Shown: piece by piece, positions 7,703 through 17,555 of the stretch
Numbering within the stretch: the first letter of the stretch is position 1
Layout of the letters: every line of letters starts with the position of its first letter
NCBI GenBank assembly: GCA_963771175.1
Contig: CAVYSY010000038.1
Coordinates: forward strand, 128,001-192,000
DNA length: 64,000 nt
Source of the DNA: an uncultured delta proteobacterium
GTDB taxonomy: Bacteria; Myxococcota; Myxococcia; Myxococcales; Myxococcaceae
Direction: 5' to 3'
The notes under the pieces: model-generated
What the model was told of the DNA's origin: nothing
Seen by the model: only the letters and a program-made list of their open reading frames with translations
Database searches by the model: none
Program-made: the position numbers and the translations under genes

Positions 7703-9391
7703 ATGGAAGGCAGCCCACCTACCGGATGGCAGGCAATGGAGGCTGCGCCCGCAACGGCGACCGAGGTCGAGCACCCCCTGCCCCCCCGCACCCACTCCTT
7801 GAAACAGTTCATCCTGCGACTCCGCGACGCCAATAGACGCGGAGGCCCCGAGGCCATCGAGCAGGTGCTGCGCGAGGGCAGCCTGCACCGGCGCGCGGTG
7901 GAGCCCTTCGCCCTGCGGCGCGAGGGGCGCTACACGCGCACGCTCGTGTACCGGGACGAGGACTTGGAGGTGCTCGTGCTGGGCTGGGGCCGCGACGCGC
8001 GCACGCCCATCCACGGGCATGACGGCCAGGAGTGTTTCCTCACCACCATTACCGGGGAGCTGGAGGTGGCTGACTACCGCCTCATCGCCGGAGGCCAGGA
8101 GCCCGGCTATGCGCTCGTCGAGCGCGTCGGCCCCCGCCGTACGCTGCTGCCCGGCGCCATGGACCACCGCGGCCCCGAGGCGGAGCTGCACTCGGTGCGC
8201 ACCGGCGCGCGCAGCGGCTACGCCATCTCCCTCCACGTCTATTCCCGGCCCATCGACACCTGCCTGGTCTACGACCCACGCCGTTCGAGTTGCGACCTGC
8301 GCAAGCTTCATTACGACCGGGTGATGCGCCTCGTCGACCCCCCGCCCCCCACCGCCTCCCCTCGTCCCCAGGAGACGCCCGCCTCCCGCCCCGGACTCGT
8401 CTCCCGGGTGTGGCGCTCGCTCTTCCGCCGCGTGCAGGAGGTGAAGGAACTGCTGGTGCCCGCGAAGGTGGGCGCGGACTCGGCGAAGATCGCCGTCTCG
8501 AAGGTGGAGCACCGCTACGCCAACAAGGTGGTGGCGCTGAGCAACGTCAACCTCAACATCCGCTCCGGCGAGTTCGTCTGCCTGTTGGGGCCCTCGGGCT
8601 GCGGCAAGTCCACGCTGCTGTACGCGCTGGCGGGCCACATCGCCCCCACCGGGGGCACGGTGCGCATCGACGGCAAGCCCATCCACGGCCCGGGTCCGGA
8701 GCGGCTGCTCATGTTCCAGGAGCCGGCGCTCTTCCCGTGGCTCTCCGTGCGGCAGAACATCGAGTTCGTGCTCAGCGCCCGAGGCCTCTCCAAGGCCGAG
8801 CGCCGCGAGCGCGCGAGCCGCTACATCCACTACGTGCAGCTCTCGGGCTTCGAGAACACGCTGCCGCACGAGCTGTCGGGTGGAATGAAGATGCGCGCCG
8901 CGCTCGCCCGCGCGCTGGCGGTGGACTCGCCGGTGCTGTTGATGGACGAGCCCTTCGGCTCGCTGGACGCGCAGACGCGCCTGCACATGCACGAGCTGTT
9001 GCAGCGCGTGTGGCTGGAGACACACAAGACGATTGTCTTCGTCACCCATGACGTCACGGAGGCGCTGGTGCTGGCCAACCGGGTGGTGGTGATGGCGCCC
9101 CGGCCCGGCCGCGTCCTGAAGGACCTCGAGGTGCGGCTGCCCATGCCGCGAGGCCCCGACGACGTGGCGCTGGTGGGACTGGCGCGGCAGATCCGCGTGA
9201 TGCTCCGCGAGAGCGAGTCCATGGGCGGACCCGGGCCCGGTCTCCGGGAAGAGCAGGGGGCGCACCATGAAGGCCTGGCACCTGAGTCAGAAACTGCTGT
9301 TCCTCGCGGGGCTCCTCGCGGTGTGGGCCCTGCTCGCCCGGTTCGGCCCGTGGCCCCACCACCTGTTCCCGGGTCCGAAGGCGGTAGCTGA
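7703..9391 (+). CDS. Cysteine-dioxygenase-like cupin fused to nitrate/sulfonate/taurine-type ABC ATPase
   Basis: AAGGAG RBS; YTRTLV, TPIHGH, LHSV, AISLHVYSRP (CDO-type motifs); then Walker A GPSGCGKS, LSGGMK, LLMDEPF, FVTHD in the same frame. Confidence 0.85.
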   Translation: MEGSPPTGWQAMEAAPATATEVEHPLPPRTHSLKQFILRLRDANRRGGPEAIEQVLREGSLHRRAVEPFALRREGRYTRTLVYRDEDLEVLVLGWGRDARTPIHGHDGQECFLTTITGELEVADYRLIAGGQEPGYALVERVGPRRTLLPGAMDHRGPEAELHSVRTGARSGYAISLHVYSRPIDTCLVYDPRRSSCDLRKLHYDRVMRLVDPPPPTASPRPQETPASRPGLVSRVWRSLFRRVQEVKELLVPAKVGADSAKIAVSKVEHRYANKVVALSNVNLNIRSGEFVCLLGPSGCGKSTLLYALAGHIAPTGGTVRIDGKPIHGPGPERLLMFQEPALFPWLSVRQNIEFVLSARGLSKAERRERASRYIHYVQLSGFENTLPHELSGGMKMRAALARALAVDSPVLLMDEPFGSLDAQTRLHMHELLQRVWLETHKTIVFVTHDVTEALVLANRVVVMAPRPGRVLKDLEVRLPMPRGPDDVALVGLARQIRVMLRESESMGGPGPGLREEQGAHHEGLAPESETAVPRGAPRGVGPARPVRPVAPPPVPGSEGGS

Positions 9392-10031
9392 GAGCCTCTT
9401 CGCCATGGCGCGGGATGGCCGGCTGTGGAACGCCATCACGCGCTCCCTGGGGCGGCTCGCGCAGGGCTACGGCATCTCGGTGCTCATCGGCGTGCCGCTC
9501 GGCCTCGCCATGGGGCGACTGCGCTTCGTGCGGCGGTTGCTGCGCCCGCTGGTCGTGGGCCTGCAGGCGCTCCCCTCCATCTGCTGGCTGCCCCTGGCGC
9601 TGCTGTGGTTCGGCCTCACCGAGACGTCCATCATCTTCGTGGTGGTGATGGGCTCGGTGCTGGCCATCGCCATCGCGGTGGAGGACGGCGTCATGGGGGT
9701 GGACCCGCTGATGCTGCGCGTGGCCTCCACCTACGGCATCCGCGGCCCGCGCTTCTACGGCGGCGTGCTGCTGCCCGCGGCGCTGCCCGGCATCGTCACC
9801 GGCCTCAAGCTGGGGTGGAGCTTCGCCTGGAGGGCCCTCATGGCCGGCGAGCTGCTCTACGTGTCCGGCGGCCTGGGCCAGCTCCTCACCATGGGCCGCG
9901 AGCTGATGGAGATTCCCCAGGTCATCGCCGTCATGGTCTGCATCATCCTCGTGGGCACGGTCATCGACCGGGTGCTCTTCCAGACGGTGGAGCTGCGCGT
10001 GCGGCGCCGCTGGGGACTGGCGACGGGCTGA
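9267..10031 (+). CDS. ABC transporter permease (SsuC/TauC/NrtB family)
   Basis: LFPGPKAV, LQALPSICWLPLALLWFG, LPAALPGIVTGLKLGWSFAWRALMAGEL. Confidence 0.92.
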   Translation: MKAWHLSQKLLFLAGLLAVWALLARFGPWPHHLFPGPKAVAESLFAMARDGRLWNAITRSLGRLAQGYGISVLIGVPLGLAMGRLRFVRRLLRPLVVGLQALPSICWLPLALLWFGLTETSIIFVVVMGSVLAIAIAVEDGVMGVDPLMLRVASTYGIRGPRFYGGVLLPAALPGIVTGLKLGWSFAWRALMAGELLYVSGGLGQLLTMGRELMEIPQVIAVMVCIILVGTVIDRVLFQTVELRVRRRWGLATG

Positions 10032-10093
10032 CAGTCACCCCGCACTCCAGTCCATGTGCGGCGAGCCCCGCCCCACCCCACCCTGAGCGGCCT

Positions 10094-11113
10094 ATGCGTA
10101 TCGGGTTCCTCGTCGCGAGTCTCGCCGCCCTCTGTCTGGCGGTGACCGGGTGCAAGAAGGAGCAGGCGGCGAAGCAGGCCGGCGGTGGGACGGAGCAGCG
10201 CCCGCTCCGGGTGGGCTTCTTCCCCAACATCACCCATGCGCAGGCCCTGGTGGGCAACGCCTCGGGGACCTTCCAGCAGGCCGTGCCCGGCATCGAGCTG
10301 AAGATGTTCAACGCGGGACCGGCCGCCATGGAGGCGCTCACCTCCGGCTCGCTCGAGGCCTCGTACGTGGGCACGGGGCCGGCCATCAACACCTTCCTCA
10401 AGGCCGGGCGGGAGCTGCGCATCATCGCCGCGGCGGTGGACAGTGGCGCGGTGCTGGTGACGAAGACGGCGCGCGGCCCGGCGGAGCTCAAGGGCAAGAC
10501 GCTGGCCAGCCCACAGCTCGGCAACACCCAGGACATCGCGCTGCGGCACTGGCTGGGCCAGCAGGGATTGAAGGTGGGGCAGGACGTCACCGTCACCCCG
10601 CTGTCCAACCCGGACATCCTCGGCCTCTTCCTCAACGGCAAGATTGAAGGGGCCTGGGTGCCCGAGCCGTGGGGCGCGCGCATGGTGGCCGAGGGCGGTG
10701 GCCATATCCTCGTGGACGAGCGCGACCTGTGGCCACAGCGGCGCTTCCACACCACGGTGCTCGTCACCACCCGGAAGACCCTGGAGGAGCGGCGCGAGCA
10801 ACTGAAGAAGCTGGTGCGCGCCCACGTGGAGCTCACCCGGCAGTGGCAGCAGCAGCCCGACGCCTTCGTCGGCCGCGTCAACGACGCCTTCGCCAAGGTG
10901 ACCGGACACCCCATCTCCGAGCCCGTGCTGAAGGATGCCTTCACCCGCCTGGAGCCCGCGCTGGACGCGGTGCCCGCTCAGCTCCAGACGGCCGCCGAGC
11001 ACGCACAACAGCTCGGCTTCATCCCCAGCTCCGACCTGAAGGGGCTCGTGGACGACTCCCTGCTGCGCGAGGTGATGGCCGCTCCGAGCGCGGCTCCGGA
11101 CGCGGGGCCGTGA
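10094..11113 (+). CDS. ABC substrate-binding lipoprotein (SsuA-like aliphatic sulfonate family)
   Basis: Lipobox VTGC; GFFPNITHAQALVG, FNAGP, PQLGNTQD, WVPEPW. Confidence 0.9.
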   Translation: MRIGFLVASLAALCLAVTGCKKEQAAKQAGGGTEQRPLRVGFFPNITHAQALVGNASGTFQQAVPGIELKMFNAGPAAMEALTSGSLEASYVGTGPAINTFLKAGRELRIIAAAVDSGAVLVTKTARGPAELKGKTLASPQLGNTQDIALRHWLGQQGLKVGQDVTVTPLSNPDILGLFLNGKIEGAWVPEPWGARMVAEGGGHILVDERDLWPQRRFHTTVLVTTRKTLEERREQLKKLVRAHVELTRQWQQQPDAFVGRVNDAFAKVTGHPISEPVLKDAFTRLEPALDAVPAQLQTAAEHAQQLGFIPSSDLKGLVDDSLLREVMAAPSAAPDAGP

Positions 11114-11135
11114 GCCACCTACACGGAGGAGGGGC

Positions 11136-11444
11136 TCAGCTCAGCTTCGGCGGGACGCGGTAGATTTCCTCCACGTCGTCGTGGTTGAAGAGCCCCATCG
11201 CCTCGCGCTGCACGATGAGCGACCACTGGCGGTACTCGGCATCACGACGCTTCTCGGTGTACTCCGCGAGCTTCTTCTCGCGCGCGGGTCCTGGCGCCAT
11301 CGCCTGCACCTGCTGCCCGAGCTGTCTCAGCTCGGTGAGCTGACGCTCCAACCTGTGCCCCAGGGCCTTGAGGCTGTTGGCTGCCTCGGCCCGCAGGGCC
11401 ACTTCGATGGCGAGTGTTCCACCGATGGGTGCCTTGCTGGACAT
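11136..11444 (-). CDS. Small helical hypothetical protein (DUF6665-like)
   Basis: E-A-SL--LG, WSLIVQREAMGL, YRVP motif pattern; high GC3. Confidence 0.7.
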   Translation of the reverse strand: MSSKAPIGGTLAIEVALRAEAANSLKALGHRLERQLTELRQLGQQVQAMAPGPAREKKLAEYTEKRRDAEYRQWSLIVQREAMGLFNHDDVEEIYRVPPKLS

Positions 11445-11499
11445 GCGCTCGATTTGGGGCCGGAAACGAGAGCGGGTTACGGTTCCAGCCCAGTCTCTC

Positions 11500-14400
11500 A
11501 TGACCGCCAAAAAATACCTTCATCTCTTCCTGGTCATCGGAGGCGTCCTCGGAGCTCTCGTGCTCGGCGGCGCGCTCCACTTCGTCACCGGCCAGCCGAG
11601 GGACTGGGCTGGCTGGTCCGTGTTGCTCCTCGGCACGCCCCTGCTGCTGCTGGTGACGAGTCAGCTCTTCTGGTGGGTGTGGGGGGCGAAGCGGGTCAGG
11701 GCGCGCACCCGCTTCTTCACCCAACTGGCCGAGGGAAACCTCACCCACACCGCCTATGGCGGCATGGAAGACCAGCGCGAGGTGCGCCGGCTCATCTACT
11801 CCCTGCGCCGCGCGCTCAGCCAGGTGCAGCGGGTGACGGGCAACGTGCGCCGCACCTGCCAGGGCGTGTCCGAGGAGGTGCGCGTGCTGCTGGAGGCCGC
11901 GCGCCGGCAGGGCGGGGCGGTGGAGCGCTCGCGGGAGTCGGTGGAGAGCATGGGCCAGAGCCTCCAGTCCGCGGGCAAGCGCATGACGCACCTGGAGACC
12001 TTCTCCCGGGAGACGGCGGGCTCGCTGCTCGAGATGTCCGAGCGGCTCGGACAGGTGGCCGAGGCGCTGCTCGCGCTGGACGACTTCTCGCACCGCACCA
12101 CCCAGCAGGTGCAGGCCATGAGCGAGCGGCTGCACCATATCGCCTCCTCGGGCGACGAGCTGGTGCGCTTCGCCAGCGAGGCGGAGGCCTTCGTCCAACT
12201 GGTGCGGACCGGCATCGACGCGGTGCGCCTGCGCGCCACGGAGACGAATCAGCTCGCCCACGACGTGACGGCCACCGCCGAGCGCGGCGAGGTGCTCGTC
12301 ACCGAGTGCGTCCAGGGCATGTACCGGGTGGAGGAGACGGTCCGCAAAGCCGCCGAGCTGGTGGACTCGCTCGGGGTGCGCTCCACGCAGATTGGCCGCA
12401 TCGTCGACGTCATCCAGGAGATCGCCGACCAGACGAACCTGCTGGCGCTCAACGCGGCCATCATCGCCGCGCAAGCCGGTGAGCAGGGGCGTCCCTTCGG
12501 CGTGGTGGCGGACGAAATCCGCGGCCTGGCCGAGCGCACCGCTCGCTCCACGCGGGAGATCGCCACCATGGTGGGCGGCGTCCGCCGGGAGGTGGACACG
12601 GCGGTGGCGCTGGTGAAGGAGGGCCGCGAGCAGGCCGGCACGGGTGTGCTGTTGGGAGACCGGGCGGCCGAGGCGCTGAAGGAAATCCGCACCATCACCC
12701 AGCGAACCTTCACGGCGGTGGAGGCCACGCTGACGGAGACGAAGCGGCTGGAGGCCCAGGGCTCCACGGTGGTGGAGGCCAGCCGCCGGGTGGCGCGGCG
12801 CGTGGACGACGTGACGCGAGAGGCCATCGCGCAGGCGGGGCACGGGCGAGAGCTGGTGCACCAGACGCAGCAGATGGCGAAGCTGGCACAGGAAGCCTCG
12901 CACAAGGCGGAGGGCCAGTCGCGCACGGGCCGGGACCTGTCCAACGCGGTGGTGCGACTGAACTCGGCCATCGAGGAGATTCGTTCGGCGCACGGCGTGC
13001 TGATGCGCGGGGACACGGCCATCGGCGAGGAGGTGGCGCGGGTGCGCGAGGACGCGCTCCAGGTCCTCCGCATCGGCGACGGACTGAGCCGCACGGTGGA
13101 GCAACTGGCCCACGAGGCGGCCAGCCTGGACGGCGAGGTGTTCCGCTTCCGGCTGCCGGCGCCACGCTCGGGCGGCACGCTCCGGGCGGGCATCCACCAG
13201 TCGACGTTCCTCAACACGCAGGGTCGATTGGATCCACTCTTCGGCGTGGAAATGCAGCTCGTGGAGATGAGCTGCGGCGTCTTCTCCAACCTGCTGCGGC
13301 TGGAGGACGGCGTGCTGGTGCCGGACCTGGCCGAGCGCTGGGAGGCGGACCCCTCGGCGCGCCGCTACCGCTTCTACCTGCGCCAGGGCGTCCTCTTCCA
13401 TGACGGGCAGCCCCTGACGGCGCGCGACGTGAAGCGCCACTTCGAGCGGCTGCTGGACCCGACGGTGAAATCGCCGGAGCGCGGCCTGCTGGAGGACGTA
13501 GAGGGCGCCAAGGCGTTCGCGGCCGGCAAGGCGCGTGAGGTGACGGGCATCGAGGTGCTGAACGACCTGACGCTCGACATCCGGCTGGAACAGCCCAAGG
13601 CCTTCTTCCTCCAACTGCTGGCGCAGACGGCCGCGGCGGTGGCCCGGCTGGACGCACAGGGCCAGCTTCAGGGCACGGGTCCCTTCCGGCTGGTGGACAT
13701 CGGGCCGACTCGCGTCGTGCTCGAGCGAAACCCCACCTATTGGCGCCGCGAACAGCCGCTGTTGGACCGGCTCGAGTTCCACATCCATGGGTCGCGCGAG
13801 GAATCCATCACGGCGCTGCGACAAGGGACGGTGGACCTCGCCTCGTACCTGCACGCCACACACGTGAAGCGCCTCGAGCAGGAGGGGCACCTCCAAGTCG
13901 TGCCAGGCACCACGCCCTCCACCTCGTTCCTGGGCTTCAACCTGCGAGAGGCACCGTACAACGACGTGCGCGTGCGCCAGGCCATTCGGGCGGGACTGGA
14001 CCTCCAGGGGTTGGTGAACGGCTTCCACGCGGGGGCACGCCTGGCCAGGACGCTGACACCGCCGGAGCTGCTGGACAGCTCGGGTCTGCCCGAGCCCCGC
14101 ATGGACCTCGACCTGTCCGTGCGCCTGCTGCACGAGGCCGGAGTGCGGCGGCTCCCCGTGACGCTGTACCAGACGGTGGGACGCGACACCTCGGCGGAGG
14201 ATGCCGTCCTCTTCCGCCCGCTGCTGGAGGCGGGGCTGGTGGAGCTGCGGCATGTGGAGGTGAGCGCGGAGGAGTTCGCGGAGCGGCGGCGCGAGGGACG
14301 GCTGCCCGTCTTCCGGTTGCACTGGGTCGCCGACTTCCCGGACCCGGACAACTTCCTCCACTTCCTGCTGAGCTCCCAAGCGCAGGGGGTGTACCCGCTG

Positions 14401-14646
14401 AGCTACCGCAACGAGGAGCTGGACACGCTCACCGCGGAGGCCCGCATCAGCATCGACCCGGAGCAGCGCAAGCAGCACTACCAGCGTGCGGAGAAGCTCG
14501 CCCAGCAGGACTGCCCCATCATCCCGCTCTTCCATCCCCGCGTGTACGCTGCGACGAGCGGCCGGGTGCAGGGACTTCGACTGCACCAGACGCCCCCCCA
14601 GGTGCGCTTCGAGGAGCTGTGGTTGGACGCGATGGAGGAGTCATGA
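11500..14646 (+). CDS. Methyl-accepting chemotaxis protein with C-terminal family-5 (peptide/nickel) solute-binding domain
   Basis: Two N-terminal TM helices, HAMP-like segment, IADQTNLLALNAAIIAAQAGEQGRPFGVVADEIRGLA; then PDLAERWE, FHDGQPLTARDV, GTGPF, VRVRQAI, WVADFPDPDNF. Confidence 0.92.
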   Translation: MTAKKYLHLFLVIGGVLGALVLGGALHFVTGQPRDWAGWSVLLLGTPLLLLVTSQLFWWVWGAKRVRARTRFFTQLAEGNLTHTAYGGMEDQREVRRLIYSLRRALSQVQRVTGNVRRTCQGVSEEVRVLLEAARRQGGAVERSRESVESMGQSLQSAGKRMTHLETFSRETAGSLLEMSERLGQVAEALLALDDFSHRTTQQVQAMSERLHHIASSGDELVRFASEAEAFVQLVRTGIDAVRLRATETNQLAHDVTATAERGEVLVTECVQGMYRVEETVRKAAELVDSLGVRSTQIGRIVDVIQEIADQTNLLALNAAIIAAQAGEQGRPFGVVADEIRGLAERTARSTREIATMVGGVRREVDTAVALVKEGREQAGTGVLLGDRAAEALKEIRTITQRTFTAVEATLTETKRLEAQGSTVVEASRRVARRVDDVTREAIAQAGHGRELVHQTQQMAKLAQEASHKAEGQSRTGRDLSNAVVRLNSAIEEIRSAHGVLMRGDTAIGEEVARVREDALQVLRIGDGLSRTVEQLAHEAASLDGEVFRFRLPAPRSGGTLRAGIHQSTFLNTQGRLDPLFGVEMQLVEMSCGVFSNLLRLEDGVLVPDLAERWEADPSARRYRFYLRQGVLFHDGQPLTARDVKRHFERLLDPTVKSPERGLLEDVEGAKAFAAGKAREVTGIEVLNDLTLDIRLEQPKAFFLQLLAQTAAAVARLDAQGQLQGTGPFRLVDIGPTRVVLERNPTYWRREQPLLDRLEFHIHGSREESITALRQGTVDLASYLHATHVKRLEQEGHLQVVPGTTPSTSFLGFNLREAPYNDVRVRQAIRAGLDLQGLVNGFHAGARLARTLTPPELLDSSGLPEPRMDLDLSVRLLHEAGVRRLPVTLYQTVGRDTSAEDAVLFRPLLEAGLVELRHVEVSAEEFAERRREGRLPVFRLHWVADFPDPDNFLHFLLSSQAQGVYPLSYRNEELDTLTAEARISIDPEQRKQHYQRAEKLAQQDCPIIPLFHPRVYAATSGRVQGLRLHQTPPQVRFEELWLDAMEES

Positions 14647-15614
14647 GAACGAAGCCCCGAGTCCTGCTGGTCGGTGCGGGGGCCGTAGGACAGGTGTTTG
14701 GGAGGTATCTCCAGGCGGCCGGGTGCGACCTCGCCTTCCTGGTGAAGGAGAAGTACGCGCAGGAGGCCCGGCGGGGCTACACCCTCTACGAGCTCGGCAT
14801 CCTCGAGAAGGACCCGGAGCCGGTGGCGTTCTCCGGCTTCGGCGTCCACACCTCGGTCCAGGAGGTCGCGGCCCAGAGGTGGGACCAGGTCTGGCTCTGT
14901 GTCTCCTCGACGGCGCTTCGCTCCGGCAACTGGGTGAGCGAGCTCGCCCGAGCCACGGGAGAGGCCACCTGGGTCATGCTCCAGCCCGCGCTCGATGACC
15001 GCGACTGGCTCCTGCAGTGGGTTCCCGCGGAGCGGCTCGTCTCCGGCATGATTCCCTTCATCAGCTTCCACACGCCCCTGAAGCCCGGAGACCGGGTGTC
15101 GAGGCCGGGCACGGCGTTCTGGATGCCTCCGTTGGCCCAGGGCCTCTTCAGCGGGCCCCCGGAGCGGCTCCAGCAGGTCATCCGGACACTGCGGGCCGGC
15201 GGGTATCCGGCCCGGCGCGACCGCGATGTGACCCGGGCCGTGGCGATTCCCTCCGCGGTGCTGACCGTCTTCGTGGAGGGATTGGAAGCGGCGGGATGGA
15301 GCTTCGAGCGGTTCCTCCAGCGCGACTCCCTGGAGCGAGTCCATCAGGCCATGAGGGAGGCGGTCGGGATCGCCGCCTGGCGCACGCAGGGGAACGCCTC
15401 CGCCCTGCTCCCGCTCCTGCGCCCCGCGCTCTTCAAGCTGCTCCTGCCCATCGCCGCCCAGGTCGCGCCCTTCGACCTGGAGACCTATCTGAAGGTCCAC
15501 TTCACCAAGGTCGGAGAGCAGACCCGATTGATGATGCGGACGTACATCGACCTGGGGAGGACCGCCGAGCTGCCGGTCGAGCACCTTCAAGCCTCGTCTA
15601 CCACCCGGTGCTAG
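14643..15614 (+). CDS. Ketopantoate reductase (PanE/ApbA)-like oxidoreductase
   Basis: Rossmann motif VLLVGAGAVG; ATGA overlap with the MCP stop. Confidence 0.75.
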   Translation: MRTKPRVLLVGAGAVGQVFGRYLQAAGCDLAFLVKEKYAQEARRGYTLYELGILEKDPEPVAFSGFGVHTSVQEVAAQRWDQVWLCVSSTALRSGNWVSELARATGEATWVMLQPALDDRDWLLQWVPAERLVSGMIPFISFHTPLKPGDRVSRPGTAFWMPPLAQGLFSGPPERLQQVIRTLRAGGYPARRDRDVTRAVAIPSAVLTVFVEGLEAAGWSFERFLQRDSLERVHQAMREAVGIAAWRTQGNASALLPLLRPALFKLLLPIAAQVAPFDLETYLKVHFTKVGEQTRLMMRTYIDLGRTAELPVEHLQASSTTRC

Positions 15615-15623
15615 CATCACCCC

Positions 15624-16628
15624 ATGCGCGCCGCGAACGACCCCACCGTCGGCAGTGAAGCAGGCCCGACCGAACCGAAGCAGGAGCCGGTCCAACAGCC
15701 CTCCACCGCCGAGGACGCGAGCGCCGTCCAGAAGGTGACTCAGGGACTCACCACGCTGCCTCCGGCACCCACGGCCTCCGAGGAAGCACTCCCTCCCGAG
15801 ACACCGAACACCCTCGTGGTCTCGGATGCACGCACCAACCCCTTCGAGCCGGGACAGCCGGAGCGGGGCGGCGCGGAGCTCGCTGATGCACTGGGCGCGG
15901 AGCTGGCCGCCCGGGTCGACCATGCCCTGTCCGGAGAGGTCTCGAAGGAGCTTCAGCAAGAGCTCGCGGCGCTGGTGACACTCATCCCCGGCACGCGGGA
16001 GCATCTCGGCTCCGAGCAGCTCCAACTCCTGCGCTCGGCCGTGCGGGCGCTGCTGGGCGAGAAGCCGAACTTCACCTACGCCCGAGAGCTCAAAGGCGTG
16101 CTGCAGAAGTCCATCCGGGACAAGACGTCCCCACTGCGGCTGTCCCTGTGGCAGAGGGAATCGCCATCCATCCTGGTGGTGATAGGGCTCGGGCTCTTCG
16201 CATACCTGGTCGCGCCGCTCGCCCTGTGGGTGATGCCGAGACTGATTCAATGGGGCGGGCGCTCCCCCGGGGCGGGCCTGAGCATCGAGGATCTCGTCCT
16301 CATCACCGTCATCGGGGCGCTCGGGAGCGTCACCAGCATCATGGTCCGGCTCCAGGACTTCGACGCTCGCGCCAACATCAAGCCCGGCGTCCTGGTGCTC
16401 TTCGGCTTCTTCAAGCCCATCATCGGGATGTTCTTCGCCCTGTTCAGCTACACCCTCTTCAACGCGGGCCTGCTGCCGGCGGTGCAGATTCCCGAGGGCA
16501 AGGACATCTACTTCTACATGACCCTCGCCTTCATCACCGGGTTCAGCGAGCGGTTCGCCGGGGACATCATCTCCCAGGTGCAGCAGCGGGCCCTCCCTGG
16601 CATCACCCAGAGCGACAACAAGCTGTAA
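15624..16628 (+). CDS. Multi-pass membrane hypothetical protein
   Basis: Low-complexity N-terminus, helical region, then about 4 TM segments (GALGSVTSIM, KPIIG, AFITGFSERF). Confidence 0.75.
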   Translation: MRAANDPTVGSEAGPTEPKQEPVQQPSTAEDASAVQKVTQGLTTLPPAPTASEEALPPETPNTLVVSDARTNPFEPGQPERGGAELADALGAELAARVDHALSGEVSKELQQELAALVTLIPGTREHLGSEQLQLLRSAVRALLGEKPNFTYARELKGVLQKSIRDKTSPLRLSLWQRESPSILVVIGLGLFAYLVAPLALWVMPRLIQWGGRSPGAGLSIEDLVLITVIGALGSVTSIMVRLQDFDARANIKPGVLVLFGFFKPIIGMFFALFSYTLFNAGLLPAVQIPEGKDIYFYMTLAFITGFSERFAGDIISQVQQRALPGITQSDNKL

Positions 16629-16795
16629 CGTCGTGAGCTGGGACGAATCCGACGGTATCAAGAAGGGCTCGGAGGCGAATGATGCCTTCCGGGCCCGGCT
16701 GCGCGAGAACGGGCTACGGTGAGCCAGCGGTCGTATGGCCCTAGGATGCGAAGAATCCCAGTCCCCCGTGGCTTGCACGGGGAAGGAGAACAGCC

Positions 16796-17522
16796 GTGAC
16801 CCGGGTACTTCTCATTGCGCTTCTGATCGGCCTGGGATGCTCGACAGCCCAGCGCCTCGACGACCCCCACATCTGGCGGCACGCGTCCGACGAGAGACCG
16901 GACAGCATCCCGGGTCCCCTGAAGAACTTCGGATCGTTCGATTCTCCTTCGGACGCACTCAAGGCAGCCTGCCCGCTGATCCTCTCGAAGCCGAACGCAA
17001 CCGTCGTCCACCTCCAGCAGAGAGACCCCAAGCTGGCCCTGCGAGTCTCCACCGAATACTGCGCCTGGCTCTACTACACTCCAGAGCATAAGTACGAATT
17101 GAGCATGCTGACGGACGTGGCAGCACCAGGGAGCGCTCTGCAAGGAGAAGCAACCTGCCTGCTTCCTCCGAATGTGGACGACCCTCGATACGCGCCGAGC
17201 AGCATCAAGTACATCATCCTCCTCCACAACCATCCTTTCTCGAGCGAGATCTCCAAACCGGACGTCAATTTCGCCATTGCCATGGCGAATGCACATGCAC
17301 TGACCGTAGAGGCGGGAGGTAGAACAATCCCTCTCGCCGTCGTCGCGTTCTTCTCGAACTCGAAGGAAGCCAGAATCCCACCTGTGATGGCTTCTACCAG
17401 TACATTCCGGCGACCAGTGAGTTGCTGAAGTGGACAAACACGGCGGGCGAATGGGAGGAAGGAGAAGATTGGCACGGTCAGTTGGACCAGTGACAACGAG
17501 CCCACCATCATCGAGGGAATAG
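16796..17522 (+). CDS. Lipoprotein with JAB/MPN-like metal motif; frameshifted near 17370 and 17455
   Basis: AAGGAG RBS, GTG start, lipobox GLGC; TEYCAWLY and HNHPFSSEISKPD; continues in shifted frames as NPTCDGFYQYIPATSELLKW...KEKIGTVSW. Confidence 0.65.
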
Positions 17523-17555
17523 CACCTTCCCACCAAACTCTTTCGAGGATGCTGT

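Noticed and set aside
11242..14586. Long antisense ORF (1114 aa) and similar shadow ORFs, e.g. 21618-24317 and 30401-32575
   Set aside because: They mirror real genes on the other strand; stop-poor antisense frames are expected at high GC3 and they show no family motifs
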